A stretch of 49,998 nucleotides of DNA from a virus. Taxonomy: Duplodnaviria; Caudoviricetes. The translations under genes were made by a program, and so were the position numbers. Under the pieces are notes generated by a model that was not told the origin of the DNA, ran no database searches, and worked only from the letters and a program-made list of their open reading frames with translations. Location: the IMG/VR virus record IMGVR_UViG_3300031628_000005, positions 1 to 49,998 of that record; one strand, given 5' to 3'. Below, piece by piece: positions 7,069 to 16,043 of the stretch (position 1 is its first letter; every line of letters begins with the position of its first letter).

Positions 7069-7299
7069 ATGAACAAATTAATTTTACCGTTTCAAACTGT
7101 AGAAGTTAACTCTACGGCAATTTCAACTGCTCAATATGAGTACAATGACTACAGATTGACACTAACATTTAATAATGGCACAGCCTATAACTACAATGAT
7201 GTACCAAACTTCGTATTCGAAGGCTTAAGAACATCTGCGTCTAAAGGCAAATTCATTAACAAACACATTTTATCCTCTTATAAATTCAAAAGAGCATAA
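7069..7299 (+). CDS. KTSC-domain protein
   Basis: VNSTAISTAQY...LTLTFNNGTAYNYNDVP...L..SASKGKFINKHI matches the KTSC pattern. Confidence 0.8.
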   Translation: MNKLILPFQTVEVNSTAISTAQYEYNDYRLTLTFNNGTAYNYNDVPNFVFEGLRTSASKGKFINKHILSSYKFKRA

Positions 7300-7578
7300 A
7301 TGACTGAAAACGAAATGAATAGAATAGCTGAAATGGTGGTCGATAAAATTATTGCCCGCCAAAAAGCTCATGACGAAGAGTTTAAAGCTGAAATACAAAG
7401 TATGGTTGATGATGACGCTGAAATTGAATTTGGTACAATTACTGAAGACGAAATTATGGCTGACGAAATAATTAAACTTAACAACAGGCTTTCGCAACTC
7501 GAAGAAAACGAAGACTACGAAGCGGCTAGAATAGTTGCTAACAAAATTAAACACTTAAAAAACAAATACAATTTATGA
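7300..7578 (+). CDS. acidic protein with C-terminal UVR (UvrB/C)-like motif
   Basis: LSQLEENEDYEAARIVANKIKHL resembles the UVR coiled-coil motif (E.YE.AA..RD.I). Confidence 0.55.
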   Translation: MTENEMNRIAEMVVDKIIARQKAHDEEFKAEIQSMVDDDAEIEFGTITEDEIMADEIIKLNNRLSQLEENEDYEAARIVANKIKHLKNKYNL

Positions 7579-8405
7579 TTAAACCAATGCTAGCACAAAA
7601 AGTTAATACAAAACCTATTGACTGGACTAACAAAGTCTTTGTGCAACCTAAGCTTGACGGTGTACGCTGTATCTTTACTAAAGACGGCGCTTACTCACGT
7701 AATCACAAGCAATTCAAAAATGTTGACCACCTGCAAGATGATTTACAAGATTTCTTTAAAAAGTTTCCTGATATTGTTCTTGACGGCGAGCTGTATAATC
7801 ACGCTTTAAAGCAAGATTTCGAAAAGATTATATCATTAGTCAGAAAGCAAAAACCGACTGACGAGGATCGCTCTGAAGCATCTAATCTTGTACAGTATCA
7901 CGTATATGATGTCATCACAGATTTAAATCCTACGTATGAAACTAGATACAACATGCTAGCAACCACTCTACCTATAGCTAAGTCAATGACTCTAATTAAA
8001 AATACTGTTGTTGAAAGCTTAGACGAAGCTAAGATGTTACACGCTGTGCATTTAGCTCAAGGCTACGAAGGCTCAATGCTAAGACTTAATGCTTTTTACG
8101 AACAAAAACGTTCTTACAATTTACAAAAATTCAAAGACTTTGTAGATACCGAAGCAACCATAGTTGGCTATGAAGCTGGTAAAGGCAAATTTGATGGCCT
8201 TATCGGCAAATTCTTAATGCAAGATGATGACGGTAACAAGTTCGGTTGCCCTATCGGCAAAGGCTATAACTTTACAGCTAGACGAAATATACTAGATAAC
8301 ATTCATGACTTCATGGGTCAACGTGCTACATTTACTTATTTTCAGCGCACGAAAGCCGGTAGTTACAGACACCCTTTATTTAAAACCCTTAGAAACTATG
8401 AGTAA
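7575..8405 (+). CDS. lig: ATP-dependent DNA ligase (minimal type)
   Basis: Motif I QPKLDGVR, LDGELY, motif IV GYEGSMLR, LQKFK and a C-terminal OB domain. Confidence 0.92.
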   Translation: MIKPMLAQKVNTKPIDWTNKVFVQPKLDGVRCIFTKDGAYSRNHKQFKNVDHLQDDLQDFFKKFPDIVLDGELYNHALKQDFEKIISLVRKQKPTDEDRSEASNLVQYHVYDVITDLNPTYETRYNMLATTLPIAKSMTLIKNTVVESLDEAKMLHAVHLAQGYEGSMLRLNAFYEQKRSYNLQKFKDFVDTEATIVGYEAGKGKFDGLIGKFLMQDDDGNKFGCPIGKGYNFTARRNILDNIHDFMGQRATFTYFQRTKAGSYRHPLFKTLRNYE

Positions 8406-8499
8406 ACTAATATGGAAGTTGTATAACAACAACATGATCAGTGAAGAAGTTGTACACCAGCTTCTTGATTGTCATTATAACAGAATTAATAACAAATAG
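8398..8499 (+). CDS. 33-aa hypothetical protein
   Basis: MSKLIWKLYNNNMISEEVVHQLLDCHYNRINNK, overlapping the ligase stop. Confidence 0.5.
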   Translation: MSKLIWKLYNNNMISEEVVHQLLDCHYNRINNK

Positions 8500-8542
8500 C
8501 GACGATAGCTATTATAATATAATAATAACAGGCTTATGTCAT
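8499..8542. promoter_or_regulatory. spaced inverted repeat / putative operator, copy 2
   Basis: GAC-GATAGCT-N20(AT-rich)-GGCTTAT-GTC (8501-8540), overlapping the start codon of the HTH gene. Confidence 0.55.
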
Positions 8543-9156
8543 ACGAAAGAAACCTTGATTATTTAGTCAAGAGACGTATTATATACCGTAGAGCTCCAAT
8601 TGAAGACGAACCAACAGAAGTTTTTGATTGGGGTAATTACTACGAAAATGGTACACACGAATGCTACGAATTGTTTCGAAGCAAAGCTAAAATAACAACT
8701 TTTAAGTCACTTAAATGGCACATGTATGTGTTATGGTATTTAAATCCACAAGTAGACCCAGATGAGTTTGAAGGCTTAGTTAAGTATATATGTAATAAAC
8801 GAACAGGCTTTATTACATTTACACCTAGCTCCGCGGTAATTAATTCTATAATTTATGATGTTAGCATGATGGATTTAGAAAAACCACCACCAAACAAATT
8901 GCGTAAAATTATATTTAAAGAATTTAGCGGTTTAACAACTGAAGAAAAATTTAAAATAGTGGGCCAAATGGTTGGTCGATCAAAATCAGTTACAGAATCT
9001 GATATATATCAATGTATGTTAGATCTGCATGATGAAAACAGATTTATAACTATATTAGGCTTAGCTAGAATATTAAGTTGTTCGCCACGCACAATACATC
9101 GAAATATGAGCATGGAACTTAAAAAAGAAAAAGAACTTTTAAATAAAGAAATATGA
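8536..9156 (+). CDS. DNA-binding protein with C-terminal HTH (possible Rep/PriCT-like initiator or regulator)
   Basis: ITILGLARILSCSPRTIHRNM HTH. Central helical region reminiscent of primase C-terminal domains (weak). Confidence 0.55.
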   Translation: MSYERNLDYLVKRRIIYRRAPIEDEPTEVFDWGNYYENGTHECYELFRSKAKITTFKSLKWHMYVLWYLNPQVDPDEFEGLVKYICNKRTGFITFTPSSAVINSIIYDVSMMDLEKPPPNKLRKIIFKEFSGLTTEEKFKIVGQMVGRSKSVTESDIYQCMLDLHDENRFITILGLARILSCSPRTIHRNMSMELKKEKELLNKEI

Positions 9157-9908
9157 AAAAGTACAATGTACAAAACTATATAAGATACAAAGAAGATCTT
9201 AAAGCATCTATGCCTCCTGATAAGTTTTATGATTATTACACTAGAGATCAACTTATTATTAAATTCATGCCTCTTGTTGAAAATTTAGCACGTAAGTTTT
9301 CAACTACACAACAAGCATCTGGCGTATTAAGTATAAATGATTTGCTACAAATTGGCAATGAAGGCTTAATTAAAGCTGTAGATAAACTAGATTGGGATTT
9401 ATTAATTGATTCAGATGATATTGAAAAAACTTTAAAAAGCTTTTTTAGCAAAAGAATTAAAGGCAATATCAGGCGTAGAATTGACATGATGCGAGGCGAT
9501 ATAAGAATACCAGAACACAAGCTGACTGAAATACGTAATAACCCTAAAGATAAAATTATGGTTGCTATGTTTTTTAACAGCGTGTTTTTAAGTATTGATG
9601 CCCAAGTTACAAATGACGATGACGAAAACATGATGCATCAAGTTGAAGATAAATCAGAGCCTTATAATATACAGCTAATGAATGTATATCTTAAAGGCTT
9701 AATGCAAAAATACTTAACAGGTAATGAATACGAAGTGCTGAGATTATCATACGGTTTAGATTGTGATAAACATTCAGCTAAAGAAATTGCAAGCATCTTA
9801 GATATTAAAGGTGTTAGCTCTTATGTAAGAATATCAGAGCTTAAAAAACAAGCAGTACAAAAGCTGATTGACAACGTTGATCATTCTCAAGTACTTGATA
9901 TCCTATAG
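9153..9908 (+). CDS. RNA polymerase sigma70-family factor
   Basis: Region 2 (LIIKFMPLVENLARKF...DLLQIGNEGLIKAVDK), IRIP linker and region 4 (LTGNEYEVLRLSYGL...SAKEIASIL...AVQKL). Confidence 0.88.
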   Translation: MKKYNVQNYIRYKEDLKASMPPDKFYDYYTRDQLIIKFMPLVENLARKFSTTQQASGVLSINDLLQIGNEGLIKAVDKLDWDLLIDSDDIEKTLKSFFSKRIKGNIRRRIDMMRGDIRIPEHKLTEIRNNPKDKIMVAMFFNSVFLSIDAQVTNDDDENMMHQVEDKSEPYNIQLMNVYLKGLMQKYLTGNEYEVLRLSYGLDCDKHSAKEIASILDIKGVSSYVRISELKKQAVQKLIDNVDHSQVLDIL

Positions 9909-9930
9909 TTTAACCACGTAAAACAAAAAC

Positions 9931-9952
9931 ACAATGCGTAATTATATTAATA
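9931..9952 (+). promoter_or_regulatory. putative middle/late-class promoter
   Basis: GCGTAATTATATTAATA, nearly identical to minus-strand ACGTAACTATATTAATA at about 49050-49066. Confidence 0.45.
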
Positions 9953-9968
9953 ACAAACCACATACCAT

Positions 9969-10493
9969 ATGACCTTAAATGAGAAACTGGCAACAATCCA
10001 GACAAAATTTAAATCGAAGAAAAGTAGATTTAATTCATTCGGCAAATACAACTTCAGATCAGCCGAAGACATCCTAGAAGCAACAAAACCTTATCTCTTA
10101 GAGTTAGGAGTTAGCGTAACAATTAACGAACGTTTAATTGAAAGTGAACCATTCCCTATTTTGGAATCAACAGCTACTATTAGTAATGCAACAGACGCTA
10201 TACAAGCTACGGCAATAGTTGGCGTTGATTTAGCTCAAAAGGGTATGCAAATGCCTCAAAAATTCGGTTCCGCATCTAGTTATGGAAAGAAGTATGCTTT
10301 AGGTAATCTATTTTTAATAGATGATACAGCAGACAGTGACGCAACAAATAGTCACGACAAAGGTAATGTAGCCAAACCTAAATTAGAAGGAGCTGCACTA
10401 ACAAAAGCAAAAGCTTTTATTAAATCAGGCGGTAGCATGGAAGCTATTAAAAAGAAATATGACATTCCAGCCGGCGTACTAAATACTTTATAA
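9969..10493 (+). CDS. ERF-family ssDNA annealing protein
   Basis: NSFGKYNFRSAEDIL...QKFGSASSYGKKYALGNLFLIDD..DSD ERF signature. Confidence 0.88.
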   Translation: MTLNEKLATIQTKFKSKKSRFNSFGKYNFRSAEDILEATKPYLLELGVSVTINERLIESEPFPILESTATISNATDAIQATAIVGVDLAQKGMQMPQKFGSASSYGKKYALGNLFLIDDTADSDATNSHDKGNVAKPKLEGAALTKAKAFIKSGGSMEAIKKKYDIPAGVLNTL

Positions 10494-11224
10494 TGAATAG
10501 AAAAGATGAGTTAAACAAGTTGAAGGAAGACGAGCATTATTATGGTAAGTTTGGAAAACAATTTCTAAGCAACTCGGACATATCAACGTTATTAACAAAC
10601 CCTTTGGCGCTTGGAAAACCAATGAAACCAATTCCTGCATTCTTAGTTGGAGGTTACTTTCATACAGCAATACTTGAGCCTCACAAGCTTAAAAGCTTTA
10701 AGATAGTAGAAGCTTCAACTAGGAATACAAAAGCGTACAAAGAGATTTCAAACGGCGAGCTATGTTTATTACAACACGAAGCAGATCAAACAGAATTACT
10801 AGTAGACAAAATGATGTCTAATGAAATTTGCAAAAGTTTGATACGTGGTGAAAATGTAGAATACGAAGTACCTGGAATAGCTGAAATATTTGGCGTTAAC
10901 TGGAAAGGTAAAGCAGACATTATTAATCATGATGAGAAATTAATTATTGATTTAAAAACAACTGCAGACATTTCTAAGTTTAGATATTCAGCAACTAAGT
11001 ACAATTATAACAGTCAAGCTTATATATACCAGAAGTTGTTTGGTTATGAAATGATCTTTATGGTTATTGACAAAAGCACACATCAAATTGGCATATACGA
11101 CTGTTCTGACAAGTTTTTATCTTTTGGTGAAGACAAAGTTCAGGAAGCAGTAGAACAATACAAATTATTTTTTAACAACCCGGAATTTAAGCCGGAAAAT
11201 TATTTTATTAACAAAACCCTATAA
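10493..11224 (+). CDS. PD-(D/E)XK exonuclease (RecE/ExoVIII-like)
   Basis: LSNSDI, G..FHTAILEP, E...WKGKADI...IIDLKTT, Y..QAYIY motifs. Adjacent to ERF. Confidence 0.85.
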   Translation: MNRKDELNKLKEDEHYYGKFGKQFLSNSDISTLLTNPLALGKPMKPIPAFLVGGYFHTAILEPHKLKSFKIVEASTRNTKAYKEISNGELCLLQHEADQTELLVDKMMSNEICKSLIRGENVEYEVPGIAEIFGVNWKGKADIINHDEKLIIDLKTTADISKFRYSATKYNYNSQAYIYQKLFGYEMIFMVIDKSTHQIGIYDCSDKFLSFGEDKVQEAVEQYKLFFNNPEFKPENYFINKTL

Positions 11225-11226
11225 TT

Positions 11227-11535
11227 ATGGCAAGTATTATTAAAGCAAGTATTAACTTGAATGAAATCCCAAAAGATAAAATCTATGTGGGCAAAAAAGG
11301 AAAGTATCTACCTATTACAATAACAATTAACGACGAAGTTGACACATATGGTCAGCAAGGGCCAGTTGTTGTAGAGCAAACAAAAGAAGAACGAGAAGCT
11401 AAAGTAGCTAAAGTTTATCTTGGAAATGTTAAGGTAGTATGGACAAACGGAGAAAATGTAGCAACAGCACCTAGAGATGATCAACCTCAACAAGCAGCGG
11501 CTGCACAACCACAGAGCGATGATTTACCATTTTAA
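11227..11535 (+). CDS. single-stranded DNA-binding protein
   Basis: Small beta-rich domain with a Q/A linker and acidic DDLPF tail, between recombinase and primase. Confidence 0.75.
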   Translation: MASIIKASINLNEIPKDKIYVGKKGKYLPITITINDEVDTYGQQGPVVVEQTKEEREAKVAKVYLGNVKVVWTNGENVATAPRDDQPQQAAAAQPQSDDLPF

Positions 11536-11553
11536 TTAAACTAAATTAAATTA

Positions 11554-13260
11554 ATGCAGACAACAGAGATCAATGGATTTTTGATTGATGAATTCAATCA
11601 ACATAAGCTTGAAGAAGGAAAGAAACAGGGTATATGCCCTAACTGTTCTCCTGATAGAAAACCTAAGAACGTAAAAGCAAAGTGTGCTTCTTACGACTGG
11701 GAACGTGGTCTTGGCACTTGTCACAATTGTAATACATCATTTCAATTACATACGTATCAACGTAAAGGCGCTAGCGAAAAAGTATATGTAAGACCGGTAA
11801 CGATTGAGCCTAAGCTTCCGGCTAGCAAAGTAATTGATTGGTTTAAAACTAGGGGAATATCTCAGCAAACTCTTGTCGATCTTCAAATTGGCGAGGGTCC
11901 TGAGTATATGCCGCAGACCGGTAAGACCGAGAACGTTATAAAGTTTAATTATTTCATGGGCGATCAACTTATCAATGTTAAGTATCGCGATGGACGAAAA
12001 AACTTTAAATTATATAAGGGTGCTGAAAAAGTATTCTATAATATAAATAGTATAATAGGTTATGAGTATTGTGTTATTGTTGAAGGAGAAATGGATGTGT
12101 TAGCACTGCATGAAGCAGGTATACCTAACGCAATATCAGTTCCTAACGGTGCTACATTAAATACAAACAATCTTGAATACTTAGACGCTTGTATTGATTA
12201 CTTTGAAGACAAAGATAAGATTATACTAGCATGCGATTCAGACGAAGCAGGACAAGCCTTACAAGCCGAATTAGTTAGAAGACTAGGCTCTGAGGTGTGC
12301 TACTTAGCGTCGTTCGAAGATTGCAAAGATGCGAATGAATATTTACAAAAGTATGGAAAAGAAAAATTATCAGAGCGTATTACAGGAGCAAGACCAGTAC
12401 CGCTTGAGAATGTTACAACGTTCAGGGATATTGAAGATGAAGTTACAGACTTTGTTCGCAATGGCTTTAAGCCGGGATTCCAAATTGGCCTTCAAAATTT
12501 TGATGATATCTTTTCAACTTACACTGGTCAATTTATTACTGTTACTGGTATTCCGTCTTCAGGTAAATCAGATTTTGTCGACCAAATGGTTGTTGGATAT
12601 AACTCAAACTATGGCTGGAAAACGGCTTTTGCTTCGCCAGAGAATCAACCAACTTATTTACACGCTCATAAGTTAATGCGTAAAACTTGGCAAGGTATGC
12701 CAACAGCTAAAGATATTGATACTGATAAATGGAATCAAATAGCGGATCATTGCAATAGTAATTATTATCATATTGATATGGAACGCTACACGCTTGATTC
12801 TATATTACGTAAAGGAGCTGAGTTGGTTAAACGTAAAGGTATTAAATGCTTAGTTATTGATCCTTTTAATAAAGTTAGAGACGTTGGCGGTTCTGATGAT
12901 GTAAATAGATATACTATGGAATACTTAAGCAAGATAGAAATTTTTGCTAAGAAGTATGATGTGTTAGTATTTATTGTTGCACACCCTACTAAAATGTATA
13001 AAACGCAAGATGGCAAAATTGAAGAGCCCACAATGTACAACATTAAAGGCGGCGGTGAATGGTACGATGCGTCTTATCACGGCATATTAGTTCACAGAGA
13101 TTACGAACAACAAACTGTTAAAGCTAAAGTTTTAAAAGTTAAGTTTCAAAATCTTGGCGAAAACGGTGCTGAAGCTCATTTTAAATGGGAACCGAAGTCA
13201 GGTTGTTTTATACCTCACGAGCAAATTAATGTAGCTGGCGAGAAAATGCCGTGGGAATAA
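11554..13260 (+). CDS. Twinkle/T7 gp4-like primase-helicase
   Basis: Zn ribbon (CPNC...CHNC), TOPRIM (IVEGEMD...DSDEAG), Walker A TGIPSSGKS, LVIDP and VAHP motifs of SF4 helicase. Confidence 0.93.
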   Translation: MQTTEINGFLIDEFNQHKLEEGKKQGICPNCSPDRKPKNVKAKCASYDWERGLGTCHNCNTSFQLHTYQRKGASEKVYVRPVTIEPKLPASKVIDWFKTRGISQQTLVDLQIGEGPEYMPQTGKTENVIKFNYFMGDQLINVKYRDGRKNFKLYKGAEKVFYNINSIIGYEYCVIVEGEMDVLALHEAGIPNAISVPNGATLNTNNLEYLDACIDYFEDKDKIILACDSDEAGQALQAELVRRLGSEVCYLASFEDCKDANEYLQKYGKEKLSERITGARPVPLENVTTFRDIEDEVTDFVRNGFKPGFQIGLQNFDDIFSTYTGQFITVTGIPSSGKSDFVDQMVVGYNSNYGWKTAFASPENQPTYLHAHKLMRKTWQGMPTAKDIDTDKWNQIADHCNSNYYHIDMERYTLDSILRKGAELVKRKGIKCLVIDPFNKVRDVGGSDDVNRYTMEYLSKIEIFAKKYDVLVFIVAHPTKMYKTQDGKIEEPTMYNIKGGGEWYDASYHGILVHRDYEQQTVKAKVLKVKFQNLGENGAEAHFKWEPKSGCFIPHEQINVAGEKMPWE

Positions 13261-13521
13261 ATGGGTAGTGGCTCTAAGAAAAAGAAAGGCCAAATAGATA
13301 TGGGCCAAACAGGTCATAACCCGTTAGATTGGAATGCTTATAGATGGTGTGTTAAAAACAACATAGCTATATCGCCAAAAGCTTATTCTACAACTCAATG
13401 GTATATTGATATAAAGAATAAAAATCAAACGCACACAAGCCCTGAAACGTACGGCAAAACAGAAATTTGGAACAAAATATTTGAATATTGTAAATACTAT
13501 TATGACAAACATAGAAAATGA
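13261..13521 (+). CDS. hypothetical protein
   Basis: 86-aa ORF abutting both neighbours. Confidence 0.65.
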   Translation: MGSGSKKKKGQIDMGQTGHNPLDWNAYRWCVKNNIAISPKAYSTTQWYIDIKNKNQTHTSPETYGKTEIWNKIFEYCKYYYDKHRK

Positions 13522-14332
13522 ATATAAAAAGCTTATGGAAACAATCCTTTACAAAGGATTGGATAAAGCAGATAGAACAGGCACAGGGACAAAGTCTGTC
13601 TTCGGAGCAACGATTAGACATGATATGTCTATGGGCTTCCCTATCCTTACAGGAAAACGCATTAGTTTCAAAGCTGCAAAAACAGAGTTGCTTTGGATCT
13701 TACAAGGAAGAACTGATCTTAAATACCTAGAAGATAACGGCGTTAAGTATTGGCGGCCAGATTATGAGCGTTCAGGCAGAACAGATGAAACATTAGGCCC
13801 TGTATATGGCAAACAATGGCGTGATTTTGGAGGCGTAGATCAACTTTGGCAACTTGTATATAACATTAAGCACAATCCAAGCTCAAGACGTTTAATGGTT
13901 AGCGCATGGAATCCTGCTGAAATGGAAGATATGGTGTTGCCTCCCTGTCATTATGCTTTTCAAGTTTATATAAATGATGGCAAGCTAGATCTTATGTGGC
14001 AACAAAGATCAGCAGATGTTTTTCTTGGTCTACCGTACGATATTGCTATGTATGGCTTATTACTCGAGTTATTAGCCAAAGGCTCTAATATGCAGCCTGG
14101 GCAGCTAATAGGACAGCTTGGCGATTGTCATTTGTACAATAATCATTTAGATCAAGCTGAAATATACTTAAGTAGATCAAAGCGAGCTTTGCCTAAACTA
14201 TCTGTATTAGATGGCGTTAAACTTGATAAAAAAATTCAAAGTCGAATTTGCATACCTCAGCTAAATGAAATTAAATTAATTAACTACAACCCTTATCCTG
14301 CAATTAAAGCAGAATTAAGCGTTGGCAAATAA
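13502..14332 (+). CDS. thyA: thymidylate synthase
   Basis: DRTGTGT, LGPVYGKQWR, LPPCH, QRSADVFLGLPYD and DCHLYNNH motifs. ATG 13502 preferred. Confidence 0.96.
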   Translation: MTNIENEYKKLMETILYKGLDKADRTGTGTKSVFGATIRHDMSMGFPILTGKRISFKAAKTELLWILQGRTDLKYLEDNGVKYWRPDYERSGRTDETLGPVYGKQWRDFGGVDQLWQLVYNIKHNPSSRRLMVSAWNPAEMEDMVLPPCHYAFQVYINDGKLDLMWQQRSADVFLGLPYDIAMYGLLLELLAKGSNMQPGQLIGQLGDCHLYNNHLDQAEIYLSRSKRALPKLSVLDGVKLDKKIQSRICIPQLNEIKLINYNPYPAIKAELSVGK

Positions 14333-14342
14333 AACAAAACAT

Positions 14343-15098
14343 ATGTATTATTTATACCACATACCGGGTAAAAAGATTGGCGTTACACGTGATCTTAATA
14401 CACGGGTTACCCTTATACAAGGTTATAAGGAGAATGAGTATGAAGTTCTTGAACGATCAGACGATATAGATTATATATCAGACCGTGAAATAGAGCTTCA
14501 AAAGTCTTATGGCTATAAAGTTGATAGGACTAAATATAAAAACTTAAATAAAAAATCTAATCAAATGAAAATTAACGCTACAGAGCAGACAAGTACATTT
14601 CCTTGTCCATTAAACAAGCTTAAAGGCCGTCTAATGGACAATATAGGCTTAAGCTGGAAAACATCTCACGGAGTATTTGAAATTAAAACAGAGCATATTA
14701 GCTGGATAGATGCTAATGCTAAAACATCTATGTATAACGATAAAAAATGTTATATATATAATAAAGCTTTTTATGAAGCCTTTTATAATTTAAATGAAGA
14801 CTTAGATAGCTTTGATTTAATAAGAGCCTGGGCTGATGAAAGAGGCATATACAAAGAAGGCAATTCACATACTCAATATGTTAAGCTAATGGAAGAAGCA
14901 GGTGAACTAGCTCAAGCATTACTTAAAAAAGATTCTTACGAAATAAAAGATGCTATTGGTGATATGGTTGTTGTACTAACAAACCTAGCCGCGTTAGAAG
15001 GCATGCAAATTGAAAGCTGTATTGAATCTGCATATAATGAAATTGCTAAACGTAAGGGCAAAATGATTAATGGAACATTTGTAAAAGAAACACTATGA
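14343..15098 (+). CDS. GIY-YIG-like domain fused to MazG-like NTP pyrophosphohydrolase
   Basis: N-term YYLYHI..KKIGVTRDLNTR...RE. C-term KLMEEAGELAQA...IKDAIGDMVVVL (MazG EExxE...DxxxD). Confidence 0.75.
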   Translation: MYYLYHIPGKKIGVTRDLNTRVTLIQGYKENEYEVLERSDDIDYISDREIELQKSYGYKVDRTKYKNLNKKSNQMKINATEQTSTFPCPLNKLKGRLMDNIGLSWKTSHGVFEIKTEHISWIDANAKTSMYNDKKCYIYNKAFYEAFYNLNEDLDSFDLIRAWADERGIYKEGNSHTQYVKLMEEAGELAQALLKKDSYEIKDAIGDMVVVLTNLAALEGMQIESCIESAYNEIAKRKGKMINGTFVKETL

Positions 15099-15328
15099 GC
15101 AAACAAGAAATAGAATTTAGAGATCCAGTTGTTAAGCGTGTTGTAAATAAATTTGTATCAAGATCAGATATAGGTTTTGCTAAGTATGGCGTAACACTTG
15201 ATAAAGATCCATCAGAAATGTTTGAATGGCTCAATCATTTACAAGAAGAGCTTATGGATGCTGTATTGTATTTACAAAAAGCTAAAGAAGTTTACACAGA
15301 AAACCTGCAAGATGAGGAAAACATTTAA
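15095..15328 (+). CDS. small all-alpha NTP-pyrophosphatase-like protein
   Basis: R...G.AKYG.TL...HLQEELMDAVLYL resembles half-MazG-type motifs. Confidence 0.45.
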   Translation: MSKQEIEFRDPVVKRVVNKFVSRSDIGFAKYGVTLDKDPSEMFEWLNHLQEELMDAVLYLQKAKEVYTENLQDEENI

Positions 15329-15770
15329 AAGAAAGTCCGGTAAAAGAGGACCTGTTGTATCAAAGAAAGTTACCTATGATGGTATCAACTTTGCATCAGG
15401 TCTTGAGCGCTATATGTATATGGCTTTAAAAAATGCCGGCATTAAATCAAAGTACGAAGGTGAAACGTTTGTTTTGCTTAATGGTTTTCATTTTGAAAAT
15501 GAAGTATATGAAAGACAAGCTAATGGTAAAGGTGATTATAAAAATAGAGGTTGCAAACGCATATTACCTATTAAGTATACACCAGATTTTATTGGCGACG
15601 ATTTTATTATAGAAACCAAAGGCAGAGCAAATGAATCATTTCCCATGCGGTGGAAGTTATTTAAGCGTTTAATTGTAGAACAATTTCCAGGCATAACATT
15701 ATACAAACCACAAAATCATAAAGAATGCGACGAGACAGTAAAGTTAATCCTTGGGAAGCAAAAAGGATAG
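15312..15770 (+). CDS. T7 endonuclease I-like Holliday junction resolvase
   Basis: FASGLE, YE, YTPDF...IIETKG motifs. ATG 15312 preferred. Confidence 0.82.
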   Translation: MRKTFKRKSGKRGPVVSKKVTYDGINFASGLERYMYMALKNAGIKSKYEGETFVLLNGFHFENEVYERQANGKGDYKNRGCKRILPIKYTPDFIGDDFIIETKGRANESFPMRWKLFKRLIVEQFPGITLYKPQNHKECDETVKLILGKQKG

Positions 15771-15898
15771 CAAGACAAAAATATGCCGAGCGCCAAATTG
15801 ATAAGTTTGTCAAATGGAGCTGGGAAATAAGAGGTAAAATAAAATTTAAAGAATTAGTAGAGCAACAAGATAAATATAACATTAAAGTATATGGATAA
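15725..15898 (+). CDS. 57-aa basic hypothetical protein
   Basis: MRRDSKVNPWEAKRIARQKYAERQIDKFVKWSWE...; fills the gap. Not in the ORF track. Confidence 0.5.
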   Translation: MRRDSKVNPWEAKRIARQKYAERQIDKFVKWSWEIRGKIKFKELVEQQDKYNIKVYG

Positions 15899-16043
15899 CA
15901 AAGAGAAAAAAGTAGCCTGGACTATTGAAATAGGATTTTACCCAGGAATTGTAGTAGGCATAAGAACCTATGAAGAAACAGAACATACAACTTATGTACT
16001 ATATTTACCGTTTGTAGATTTAGCAATTTGCATTTATAAATAA
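15891..16043 (+). CDS. 50-aa hypothetical protein
   Basis: MDNKEKKVAWTIEIGFYPGIVVGIRTY...YLPFVDLAICIYK, TAATG-coupled to nrdB. Confidence 0.6.
   Translation: MDNKEKKVAWTIEIGFYPGIVVGIRTYEETEHTTYVLYLPFVDLAICIYK

Noticed and set aside
13502-15328. DNA hypermodification or Z-genome pathway (ThyA plus MazG-like genes)
   Set aside because: No PurZ, dedicated polymerase, glycosyltransferase or queuosine-pathway genes in the window. ThyA has Asp (PYD) where canonical enzymes have Asn (PFN), which merits a check for dCMP specificity, but alone it is insufficient.
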